Both the position numbers and the translations under genes were made by a program. From contig JBITNC010000001.1 of NCBI GenBank assembly GCA_050084985.1, positions 104,160,001-104,224,000 on the forward strand: 64,000 bases of DNA, read 5' to 3'. Under the pieces are notes generated by a model. That model was given only the letters and a program-made list of their open reading frames with translations. It ran no database searches and was not told where the DNA came from. Shown one piece after another: positions 1 to 13,080 of this stretch. Numbering within the stretch: the stretch's first letter is position 1; each line of letters starts with the position of its first letter. The DNA comes from Nageia nagi (lineage: Eukaryota > Plantae > Pinophyta).

Positions 1-260
1 TTTATGTTATTGTTAAATTTTATGTAATGTTAGATTATAGCTGAAATGTATGTAATGATTGAAAGTTATGTAATGCTTGAATGTTAAGTTATGTTGGAAA
101 TTGAAATATTATGTTTTACTAAATTTAAATAGATGATATATGAATGTTTGAATGTTATGTTAAGTTGAATTTTATGTATTGGTTGAATGTTATGTTATAA
201 CTAAATTTTATTTAATAGTTGGAATATTATATTTGTTCAAATTTATATAGTTGATATAAA
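1..260. repeat. Degenerate short-period AT-rich tandem repeat (TTGAATGTTATGT-like units), probably subterminal sequence of the adjacent hAT element
   Basis: Recurrent gaatgttatgt / gaaatgtatgt / gaattttatgt motifs about every 20-25 bp. Confidence 0.45.
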
Positions 261-568
261 AATTTTAATTATAAATCAATAATAACATATTTTTTTTTTT
301 TTCAAATACATTATGCAAAAAATATCTAACAATTATTTTAGACAAAAAATACAAATATACTAATTGAAATTATAAGTAAATAATAACATGTAACAAATTT
401 GATTAACAAAGCAAACTTCAAAGATCCAAAGCTATAAGTATTTGAAATTTGAACCCTTCAAGAATGTGTTTTATTTAGGTATTTCAAATTCAAACCCTTC
501 AGTAACTTGTTCTATTCTTGCCTTTTTTTGCTAGTGCATACATTTCTATAAGAGCATTTTCTTCACAA

Positions 569-2700
569 TTATCTATAACTCTTCTTTCTGCAATTAAAAC
601 CCAAATATCTACATTTTCTTTCTATAGGAAAAGAATCCAAAGCATATGAGGAAACATATAATCTAATACATGTATCCAAGTTTTTGTCCAATTTATTTTG
701 AAATTTGGATTTAATAAACGTTAAAGCATTGAATACACTTTCAACTTTAATAGAATCCAAAACATTATTTGACACAATTCATATAATATGAAATATTCAC
801 TAATATTATCTAAAAGAACAAAACTTGGATAAAGTTTTATCCAAATACATTTAATGGAATCATTTTCAATTGGTTTTAATAATAAAGAGTATTGCTCAAT
901 CATAGAGAGTCCAAAATAGTTGGCTTATTTTGTAAATAACTTTTTATTTAAAATACCATTAATTTTTTATCCATTTATTTCTATAGCTTTACCAAAATGT
1001 GTTCCAAGAATTACCATATATTTGTGAAACAATCACAAAATAACTATTCATCATTATTTATATTCCAAAATTTAGGATTCACAAATACCATTGATTCAAG
1101 TAAATCATCTCATTGAAATCATTCATGGATTTCATTAGTTAAGGTTGTACAAATCTTTCTCAAATTAGTATGTGTTTCATAAATTCAATTACAAAAAAGA
1201 ACATAGTTTATAGGTTCAAATTCATATCCTGGTCCAACCAAATCCCTTCATATATTTTGAAATATGCAATGACATCAACTTTCCTTTCACTTCTATACAA
1301 ATACGATCACTGATATTAAATTTCAAAAAATTCTTTGAATCTTTAAGATTTATCAAAGTTTGCCATCTTTGAAAGATAAAGATAGTCATTTTCTCAAAGA
1401 TATGAAATCATATATATATATATATATATATTCAATCAAAACTCTTTTTGTTGGTTCATATAATGAAATTGATCTTGTATCATTATCTTTTAAAAGCTTA
1501 TTTCCATCAATTATTCTAATAAAGAAATTTTTGAACTCTATATCTTCTTGGGCTTCTTGCGATATATGCATGTAATTCATGAATAAGTTCTTCAACATTT
1601 TGATACACTTATAAAAGTGTTAATAATTATATATGGAAGGTTCATTATATATACCATACAATGAATGGGAATCATATAAGAAGCCACTAATGTTTTTAAT
1701 CTAACATAAAGATCATATAGATTACATTGCATTACTAATGCATCATTTGCTCCAACACATATCAATTTTGTAGTAATTTCATAATCATTCATTCTAACAA
1801 ATTTTTTTAAGTTATAAATAACTAACTTGTAAAGATTTTTTCCATTGCAATTTTTATCCATTTTATGAACATTTAATAGATGTGATGTCTTAAAATTATT
1901 CTAAAAATTGTATATATGCATACAAACCAATGAAGTATCATCCACTATTGTAACTTCATCAAGTGAAAGAGAAATAAATTATGATTTTTTAATTATATTT
2001 TAAATTCTCAATCTCAACCATTGACAACTATTTTGCCATTTCCCAAACACTTTTCTCTAATCAATATTTTTGCAGTATATTCTGTAATCCAACTCTTTGA
2101 TATTAAATTTTAAAATTTATAAAATCTACAATAGGTCTACCTTGTTTAAGAATATGAAAGATAGTATAGAATTGAGTAAATTTTGTTGACCTTTTTGCAT
2201 CAAAAATGTTTTCAAAATGTATTGCTAGTGTTCAACCTTTCTCTTATACATCTTATTTTCTTTCATTTACCTCTCATATTCTACCTTATGTCATAAGTGA
2301 TTGAACTTATCTTCAATTTTATCCTTATAACACTTAATTGTTTTTCTATTCTCATCTATTTTGTTGTAATATAATTTACCACAATGTTTTTATGTTATAT
2401 TTATTTTTAGTTGCATTCAATGTTCTCTTTTTTTTGCCCAAAAACATATCTTACATTTGCATTATGTTGGATCATTTAGATAATGAGGATCAATTGGTTC
2501 AATGAATGGATATTTTTCTTCCTAATCAACCTAAAAAACTCTTTCAATAGTCCATTTTGTACTTCATTTTATTTTCAACTTCAAATTATGTTTTTTTTCA
2601 AATCTATCTATAGATTTATTTGTACATTTTTTAAAACTTTTTTAGTAGATGGGTAAGGATTATCATCATGCAAAGGTGGTCCATTTATAGGGTATGCAAT
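569..2700 (-). pseudogene. Decayed hAT-superfamily (ZNF862-like) transposase
   Basis: Minus-strand fragments in hAT order: FISLSLDEVTIVDDT (first catalytic D, ~1930-1980); GANDALVMQ...YMIPIHCM (DGA and CxxH region, ORF 1592-1861); KLLKDNDTRSISLY (TRW motif, ORF 1386-1598); SIKVESVFNALTFIKSKFQNKLDKNLDTCIRLY (C-terminal dimerisation domain, ORF 569-775). Many stops and frameshifts. Confidence 0.8.
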
Positions 2701-2899
2701 TGCAAGTGGTTGTACATTAATTAGAACAAAAGTATCATCAGGTGGTACATGATTATTGGGATTTTCTACATATTGAAAATATAATTTTATTTTTCATTAT
2801 TAGGTGGTACATCATCATCATCATCATAATGTATTTTCAATATATCCAAGATAATAAATTTGGAATTTTAAGTCTTACATTAAAATAGATGAGAAAAAT

Positions 2900-4750
2900 A
2901 CCAATATTAATTGAAGATGCCTGTTGAGTTTATTACAGATTTAGGTTACACCTCTTTCTCAAAATAATCTTGAAATTTTATATCACTTTAATAATTTGTT
3001 TAGTTTTTCATATTGATAAGAATTATTTCATTTTCTCCAATAGTCAAGGACAAGAATTGGGAGAAGTAATTCAAAATGTCTATGTAAGAAATGCTTGAGA
3101 AATAGGTTTTTTGATAACTTGGCCTATCATGGATTAAAGTTCATTGAAAAGGAGGTAGTAAGAAAGATTTGCTAATAGTTATACCTCTTTCTATAGATTA
3201 AATGAATTTAAGACAGGTGAAATAAATAATACAGATGTATATTAACATTAGTGTGGAAGAAAATCCTTAACTACATCTATGATGAAACTAAATTTGATTA
3301 TTTTACAAAATTAATCTCATGATCAAAATATGAAATGTAAATTTATCTTGTCATCTTAACATTTAGTTTTCATTATGGAAAGTGTAATATCAATATTGAA
3401 TTTTAGTTATTTGTGTTCACATATGCCACAAGATAGGAGGAAAGAATCACCTCCACATATAAGGAAGAAGTATTTTATGCAAAAGAAAGGATGTTAATAT
3501 CATTATCTTGTAAATATATACAAATATAAACACTATATTTCATTTATAACCTATAATTCTATAAAATATGTGGATTTGGATGGACATCTTCACCATGATA
3601 TCATTGACTAATTAGAAGATAAAAGGTCAATGTTAGTGGCTTATTTATCTCCTAATATAGCTTTAATAATTGAGTCATTTTTAGTGATAGTGTTTATTGA
3701 TAATACTTTTGATGGGCTATATTTGAATGATGTGCTTTAAGAGAGTTTCAAAAATTTAAGATGATTTTATATTAAAGAAAGATATCATTAATATATGTAA
3801 AAGGCTTATAAGCATTAAGTTGCAAAAGTATACAAAAGATGTAAAAAAGTATTAATTTATGGTGTTATGGGGAGAAATAACTTTTTTATTCTTTATTTTC
3901 AAGCTTTAAAGGGGAATTAGTGGTTTATTTTAGGCATTTGAAGTCCATGGATGTTGAAGAGGATGGTAACATTATTACATAATAGTATTATTGCAATAGA
4001 TTTAATATTTAGTACATTTAGTGTCTTTTTTTTATGAGTGATTGTATATATTCATGTGTTTCAATTTTTTTTTTTGATATTATCAATTACAATTATAGTT
4101 GTACATATTGATCATTTTTTATACAGAAGGGTATGGTGAAGTTGCATGGATGGATATAATTATTATATAAAAAGGTTAATATCACATGTCTTATTGGGAT
4201 GTGCTTTCCCTCATGATAGATGATGGTCTCACTAAAATAGAAGTTATAAGATATGAAATATGATGTTTAGTTATAACACTATTTACAATTATGTTTTAAG
4301 CAACAGTCAATTCATAATTTTATGAATTATAATTGAATTAATGTGATAGGAGGGTATTTAGGTCTCAACATATGCTATGTGCTTAGCATGTACATAGGAC
4401 ATGCCTAAAAAATATTTTGAAGTATACATCTTTAAAAGATGTAAAAAGAATGATGTTATCTAAGTTTGTTGAAAATATATATATATATATATCACAAAAC
4501 AAAATATAAGTTCATAGTTATTGATAATTTTATAAAGAATTTAAATAGGAGAAGGCTTTCATAGGATACTTTAATCATTGTTGGGTGGATGGTGATAAGA
4601 TCAGTAAGTATTTAAGAGGAATATTTTTTTTCTATTACGGAGCATACTTCTTAATTATTTAGATCTTCTTTAATATTTGTGTGGGTTTTAATTATTCAAT
4701 TAAGCATTTTACAACAACATCAATAAATTTTCATGCATTATTTATTAATA
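2900..4750 (+). mobile_element. Very decayed Ty3/gypsy pol remnant (protease-RT)
   Basis: Faint motifs in gypsy order: LGLSWIKVH (~3120), MPQDR..H (~3425), DG.L..ID (~3580), KIEVI (~4235). No intact ORF. Confidence 0.4.
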
Positions 4751-5051
4751 TGTGCGTAACACAAACCTTATTGAATGACTAAATCTTGTATTATAATATT
4801 TTTCATTGTCAACTTTTGTGTTAATACATTTCATTATTATGATGTTTTATAAGTTTTTAATGGACATTAATTTTTTTCAATCAACATATTTTGTACCATT
4901 TATCATTATTAGATTTTTGTTGGGCTTATATTTGTACATCATAAATGCATTTTTTTTAGTTATTTATTTTCAGATTGTTAAAAATCTTAAGTTGAGAAAC
5001 ATACCAAATACATTGATTAGATTATATTATTCTCTTCACTAGATCTAAAAT

Positions 5052-8000
5052 TATCAAGACCTACATCAAGACATTGTTTACCTTGAATACCATCAAGGAT
5101 TTGAATGGATTGTGTGTGGATAATATTATGGTAATGACAAGTTTGATATGGGAACATATATCATTTCATGACAATTTGATTCTAGCTTTGAGATGTTTTG
5201 ACATCGATCATAAGATGGAAAAGCAATCCAAATACCCTAAATACCAAAGGTGAATTAGTGATAGGAATAGAAAGGTAAGAGGAGAAAATGATTAGTGTTG
5301 ATTTACTAACACACTCTATGACCATCAAAAATCATGTAGATTTATGTAGAAGATTTGCTATGATTATCAAATTTTTGATGAAAATATGTTTACAAATATA
5401 TGTAGATTAACCATACTCTATAGGATAAGGTAACCATTTGAGGTAAAGATGTGTTTTCTCTTATTTGGTATTTTTTAAATTCAAATGTTGAAATGGGGAA
5501 AAAAATGGGATATATCTTATTTAAATATGAAAATTTATATAAGGTTAGAAACATATATTTAATAGGGTAAACATTGAATGAGTGTCCATATTATTACCAC
5601 ATAGGGATAATAGTAAGAACACTATTAAATAAAGACTAAGGTCTCTTTATGGTATTACAAGATAATTATTAGCTAGGAACACAATAGAGTGATGACCCTA
5701 CTTAGTTTTATTTTAATGTGTTAGGTATGGATAAGAGTTAGCATTAAATTGTTAGTTAATGAAAAATGTTATAAAATATTAAATGCCATTACAAACATTT
5801 ACAACTTCAGGAAAACCTACCCCCATAAAATTATTAAACATGTAAGGAGGCATCCATTAGGACACACTTGAACCCTTTTAGCTATAAATAATGAGTAGAG
5901 CATTAGAAAAATACCTACCTATCTATCTGTCTCTTTGTATTTTATTTTTGTTTATTCTTAAGCTTGGATTACAAGAAGAAAAGAAGTCTTTATTCCCTCT
6001 CCAAGTCAAGGTGAATTTATTACATTTTTTTGTTTTGAATTGATGTATTTTATGAGTTGTATGAAAGCAATGTTTAAATAAATTTATTAAAATTAATTGT
6101 GATAAAGGTCTTATATCATGTGATAGGACATATTGATTATTTTGTTTGTTGTAATATATGTGAAGCTTGGTACCATGTCTTTTTCTTAAAAAGTAAAGGG
6201 ATGGGACCTTATTAGCTTTGTTTTACTTAAATTTAGTGGTGGAAAGTTCTTTTTATACATTTTGTGATATTTTACTCCCTATATCCTCTTGTGTGAGATT
6301 TGGTGATATTTTTAATCATTAATATAGTATTCCCCCTCTTGTTATATCCATACTAGGCATTTTGATTTTATATACATTTTTCATATATGAGCATTTGGGT
6401 CTTTACTAATATTTGGTGTAAAACCTTTCCAATTACTATATAATGGATGGCCATATCTTCTCTTGGAGCCTCTATATAGATATACCAGATAAATTTTCCG
6501 CAAGAGAATTAGAATTTTTTTCAAATACTTTTGATGATCCTCCATTCTCACTTGGCACTTAAGAAGAAAAAAAAATGGGAAAGACTTTTGATTCTGGCTT
6601 TTTTTCCTATTGCCCAGCATCTACGTATTCCTCTATGATTTGCTTATAGAGCTTCCTGCATAGTCAGAAGTAGAATTCCTTTACCTTCTTCTAAGAATTC
6701 TCACAATATTTCTTAATGAATGGATGACCAGAGTGCAAGATTAGAGCTATATGTCCCTACGATCACTATGAAAAATGTAGCCTTTCCCCTGGGTGCGTAT
6801 CACTAATATTGCTCTCTGATTCAATTAGAATTCTATCAAATGATAAATCGACCCAGGTGGTTAAGAACAGTCTAAGTTATCCATCCTATGTCTACTCAAA
6901 ATCAGCGAAGAAATTATCAAGTGCACTGTGATTTCCAGCTGCGTACGCAGAGAAAGTAGGGAGTCCGAATTAGAATGTGCTTCTTAAAAATCTTTTATTT
7001 GGTCTCGTCCAATTCTAAATCGTTTTTTAAAATTTAAATGATTCTCCCTTGTATCCGTGGAATCCTAAATCTGTTTAGTTAGATTAATATGTTAATAATT
7101 CTTCTTTGCACTCGTGCAATCTATTAGATAGATTTTAATTAATGATTGATTACAAAGGTTTGGTAATGGATATGATGACTAATTATCCGGTTACTTTACC
7201 AATCATTTTCTTGTTGTGTATACGTGAAGATAGGAGGGATCTTTAACCCCTGCTGCCACCGTTTAATGATAATTAGGAGTGGTATAGTCTACAAATTTAT
7301 GGAAAATTCTCTGATACTTTTTCACACCTTTTGATTCCCTTACAGCGCCATATAGTAGGTTAATGTATAATCTTCATTGTGGAACTATATGAATAATAAT
7401 AAATAATAAGTAAATGAATAATACAAAATAAATAAATAAATGAATGACATTTTATGTGATATTAATTTCTTGTTAAAACAAGGGATTATTAGTAATAATT
7501 TAGAAAGATAAACATAAATAAAATGAGAATTCGAAACTATATATATAAATAAAGTAGTAGTTTATGGATTTTAAAATAGAGTGGGTTAAAATATATTATC
7601 GTTGGTTTTTGATTTGTAACAAATACTAAGATTGATGTTTAGAAGGTAAATAAGACCATAGTATGCAAATAGATTTAATGAGATTGGATTATATTTGTAA
7701 TGAATTATCAGACATTAAAAAATACGATCAAGGAAGGAGATGATTACTCCTGAGGTCCATAAATAATGGTCAAATTTAAAAAAGGGTTGTCCTGATCCTC
7801 CTCCTTCCTATTACTCGATCCACCCACCAAGTTTCAAGGGAATGTTGGATGGTCGTTGTTCAAAGAATGATGGAGATGCTCATTGCTCATTGCTTGAAGA
7901 ACATTGGATGTGTCCCACGACAAGGCAAATAATGATTTACCAATTAATGTGTTATACTTCCTTTGAATTACAAAAGTATGATGAATTACCAATTCAAAAT

Positions 8001-8383
8001 CATTGTATTAGCCTTATGATGTAATAATGTTCTTGTAATAAGTTTATTAAAGCTATGTCATTACCTTAAATGTTGTAAAATGAAGCTATGAGATGTATTC
8101 AAACTTCTTGTAATTGATTATTAACTTAGAAATGCTTAATGAAGATTATGTTGTATGTATCTTTTGTTAGTATATTGAAGGATAAATGAAAGGTATACTA
8201 ATTTGTTATCTCTTTATGAATAACATTATGATTATTACATGTTAAGTTTTATGCATTGATAAATAAGAGTAAGAATTAATACCTGTTAGGTAGTAGTTGT
8301 AGACGAATTAGGTTGCTAATCTTAAAAAATCATAAATTATCCCAATAACTTAAAATCAACCCTAAAATAGAGTTAAGTATACA
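5052..8383 (+). repeat. LTR1 (5'-most; lacks ~1.15 kb near its 3' end)
   Basis: Starts tatcaagacc (degenerate TGTCACGACC) and is collinear with the other LTRs. TATA-like TATAAATA at 5883. Jumps from gagttaag directly to the aca+PBS (tagtattagagc, 8385-8396). Confidence 0.85.
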
Positions 8384-11300
8384 TTAGTATTAGAGCATCA
8401 AGTTCAAACTCTTGAGCCTATGGTCCATGATACTTTTGCTATAAAAATTTTAAAAAGTCTAGATGAATATGCATGAGTTTAATAACAATACCAATTGGTT
8501 GACTCAGATTATCACAATCCCAAGACATGTAACCAGAGCTTCAAAAAACCTATGACCAAAGAAATTTTAAAGGCCAAAATGCTAGAGGTGGAATAGTAAG
8601 GAATGCCAATTGTTAAATTCCTACAAATAATACTAAGAGTTCTTCTAGCCATTCCATTCATAATAGTGGAGGAGAAGAAGCCATCGTGAGACTCTAAGAG
8701 CAGATGGTAGAGTAGTAAGAACTAAGAAATAATCTACTGAGTTAGAGAGTTGATCCTCCAAGATAAGAATATAATCTAGTCCTTCTAGCATAAGTAAGAT
8801 CAGGTGGATTAAACAACCAGATTCAAGCAAGGATCAAATAAGAACTTGCATCTAATCTAACAAAAGCTCAAATACCCAAATTTAATGGACATTAAGAAGG
8901 CAAGCACATAGAAGTATGGTTAGAGGAGGTTAAAACTTACTTATCAATGAAAAATCTATTGCCAAAAATCAAAACCATGTGGGCTACATAAGACTTTCAA
9001 AATATTACTCTCGAATGGTGGAATCCTTGCAAAGTTGAGCATGGAATCTAGTATTTGAAGTGGTCAAATTTGTGGAAGCATTCTAAAAGAGATTTATCCC
9101 TTAGGTCTATTTTGATAACAAATATAAGGAATATTATACACTTCAACAAGGTTCTATAAGTGTGTAAACCTATCATCAATAGTTCATCAAACTTCTTATG
9201 TATATTTCACATGATAAAAATCACTTGAAGATTCATAGATTCATTGTGGGGTTGGATTCCAAGATCAAAACTATGGTCAATGTCCTAAACCTTAAGACAT
9301 TAGAATAAGCTTATGACCTATCCAAGAGATTGAAAACTAATTTGGGCATAATAAAAACCCTTATGAATTATGTATTAGTTGAAAAAGATAAGGAAGCTTT
9401 TCAAAGGAATACAAGTGTTGAGCAACAAGCTTCATAAAACATTTGTAGAAAGGTTAATCAAAATCACAAGGATGTAAATTTTCAAAGGTTTGAGAAGAAA
9501 TAACCTAGGAATAAGGGTTCCAAAAATAAGGGTTTCTAGAAAAAGAATCAACATTTCATAAGATAGGATCAAAACCATGCGAATGGAAATCAAGGTTTTA
9601 GGAACCCAAACCATAAAGTCCTTGAGCAAAGAAATAACAAATACATGCATAAGGATAACATCTTATAGCAAAAGAAAGCTCTATTGGATGGATGTTGGAA
9701 CTATGGTGGAGCACATTATGTGATTCAATACCCATTGAATACAAAACCACCAAAGCTTCATCAAAATTTTGCAGCAACTATATTAAGCCAAGATCAACGA
9801 TAAGCTCAACCTCTTCAGATCTTGAGTAAAATTTCTTACAAATATTTTAAAGTTTAGTTGGATTATGGTGCAATGACTATTATATTTCAAATTATTAAGT
9901 TAAAGATATGATTAAGGAATCAAAATATTTGGGAAATGGATTGCAAGTAGAGTTTGGATTTGTTCAAAAGTGTTATGTCAAGCAATATTTCAAAAATGTT
10001 AAAATCAAGTTATCCAAGGTAATTATTATGTGGGATTTATATGTGATTCCATTAGCTTCCAATGTTATTATCTTAAGAATGGATTGGTTAATGGCCCATA
10101 AAGCCTTGATCAATTTTCAAGAGAGATGCATGGAATATATTGACATATACCAAAATTGATATAGGGTGTTTAGTGATTAAGGACTATTTGACCCTTACTT
10201 GATCATAGCCATGCAAATGAGAAGAAATATTAGAAAAAGTGAAATGATCATTATAGTCAAGGTAAAAAAAATGGAAGGAGAAGATAAAGATGTAGAAATG
10301 TTAAACAAGTATTCAATGTTTAGAGAATATAAGGAGGTATTTCCCAAGGGACTACTAGGTCTACCCCTAAAATGAGAATTTGAATTCTCGATAGATCTAG
10401 TGCCAAGAGGTGAGCCTACCTCTAGAACATCCTATAGAATAAACATCAATGAGATGGAAGATTTTAAGGTATAGTTACAAGATCTTTTAGAGAAAGGGTT
10501 GATAAAGCCTAGTGTATCACCCTAGGGAGATCCTATATTGTTTGTCAAAATGAAGGATGGAACATTGAGATTATGTATTGAATATAGGATGTTGAATAAG
10601 GTCACCATTAAGAATAGATATCCTCTACCTAGGATTGATGACTTATTTGACCAACTCAAAGATGCTGCTATCTTTCCCAAGGTATACTTAAGATCATGTT
10701 AGCACTAGTTGAGGATAAAAGAATGAGATACCTATAAGATAAAATTCAAGACTCAATATGGACATTAAGAGTCTATGGTCTTACCATTTGGATTAATGAA
10801 TGCTCCTGCATTATTCATGAATCTTATGAATAATGTTTATCGAGAATACTTACATAAATTTGTATTAGTGTTTCTAGATGATATCTTCATATACTCAAGA
10901 AAATAGGAGGAGCATAACCATCATTTAAAATTAGTCCTAGAAGTGTTGAGGTGACATAAACTATATGGTAAATTTTCTAACTATGATTTTTATGTTTCTT
11001 ATATTTAGTACTTATGTCACATTATATCTACCTAAGGAATCTTAGTTGACCTAAAAAAGATAGAAGTAATAATGAGTTGGTATGTGCCAACAAATGTGAT
11101 TGAGTTAAGAAGTTTCATGGGATTATCTAGGCACCATACAAGATTTGTTAAGTATTTTTGAAAGATAGCCAATTCTATCACCAACCTACAAAAGTAAAAC
11201 AAAGTGTTTAAGCAGAGTAAGAAATGTGAAAAAGCTTTTGCAACCCTAAAACGAAAACTTACCTCAGCACTAGTTCCCACTATCCTTTACCCACATGATG

Positions 11301-13080
11301 TTTTTGTAGTATATATAGATGTATTGTTAGAAGAATTGAATGGTGTACTATCAAAAAATAGAATTCTCGTAATATATGAATCTAATTAATTAAAGCCATA
11401 TGAGTTGAATTATGTTACACATGATCTTGAGTTGGTATTTGTAGTAAATACACTAAAAATGTTGAGGCATTACTTGCTAGGAAAACCTTTCAAAGTAGAA
11501 ATGGATCATCAAAGTTTGAAATACTTGTTCATAAAACTTGAATTAAATGCTAGGCAAAGTTGATGGATGGAACTCCTCATCAAATATGATTTTGGTATTG
11601 AATATATCAAGGGTAAGGAAAATAAGGTGGTTTATGTATTAAGTTAGAGAAATCCATTAGAGAAATGAATCTTGCAACAAGAGGATTCATACTACAAATC
11701 CATCAGGGAAATGATTGAAAAAGATAATTTATCATCTCAAGAATTTGCTAAAAAATATGGAACTTTGTAATTTAAAGATAGATTAGTCATATTAGAAAAA
11801 GGAGATTTAAGTAATTTAATCTTGCAAGAAGCCCATCATCCTCCATATGAAGCACATCCAAGAGGTACGAAATACTAGAGGTGGAATGAAGAAGAATATA
11901 GCATTTTGTAGCAAGATGTTTAGAATGTTAGAAAGTAAAAGTAGAACATCAACATCTAGGTGGATATTTTTATCCCCATGATATTTCAACATAGAAGTGG
12001 CAAGTGATTTCAATGTATTTTATAGTTAGTTTTTCAAAAACCAAGTTTCATCATGATTCCATATTAGTTTTGGTCAATAAGTCAACCAAGGTTGTACATT
12101 TTATACATGGTAACACCATAAATGATGCCCTTGTAGTAGCTAATAAGCTTACACATAAAATAGGGATTGTAAGTTCACTTCTATATTTTGAAAATCATTA
12201 CATAAGGCATTGGGTACAAAGTTAAATATGAGCTCATCTTGTCATCACAAGATACATGGGTAGATATAATGTGTAAACAAAGTTCTAAAGGGTATGCTTA
12301 GAATGTATTACATGGAACAAAATACCAAATGGAAAGATTATCTTTCTTTGGTTGAGTTTGCATATAATAATGGTTGTCATTCATCTTTAAGAATGGCTCC
12401 TTTTGAAGCACTATATCAAAGGAGATGCAAAACTCCTTAAAATTTGGATATTTAGGATGATCAAGTGATTATCCATCTAAACATGTTAAAGCAAATGGAG
12501 GAGTAGCTAAAGTCCAGTCAATGAAATTTAAATGAAGTTACCAATAGACAAAAAAGTTATGCCAATCTTAAGAGAATTCATTGAGAATTTGTTATGGGTG
12601 ATAAGGTCTTTTTACAAGTTTGACCTATGAAAAGTGCCATAAAATCAACTAAATTAGATCCCTATTTTATTTTTCTTTTTGAAATTTTGGACAAGAAGAG
12701 TCCAATAGCATATAAAATTTCCTTGGCACTAAGTTTTCTTAAAATGCATGATATTTTTCATGTCTCATTGTTATGAAAATATGTTGTTAACCCTTCTCAT
12801 ATTTTGGATTTCTCTAAATTTTAAATGCTATACCCTCATGCCATTGAAGTACTCACTATTAGGATCTTAAATTTTAGGAATATGAAGCTAAGAAATAGAG
12901 AAATTAATGAATGTTTAGTCCAATGGGAAAATATTCTAAATCATGTTCTACGTGGTAAGATACAGATATTATAAAAAAATAATTTCCATATTTATTTGAA
13001 TAACTAAGTATGTGAAACTTTTATAAGTTTGTGTTTGTATGTAAGAACATAGGGACTATGTTTCTTTTCAAGGGGGTGTA
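8384..13080 (+). pseudogene. Internal region 1: decayed gag-pol with chromodomain
   Basis: Gag (IPKFNG..W, TLQQG), CCHC knuckle (GCWNYGGAHY), protease (LDYGA), RT ([18 protein letters not shown]), RNase H (THDLEL), integrase, chromodomain (ECLVQW). PPT aagggggtgta at 13070-13080. Many C>T/G>A stops. Confidence 0.9.
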
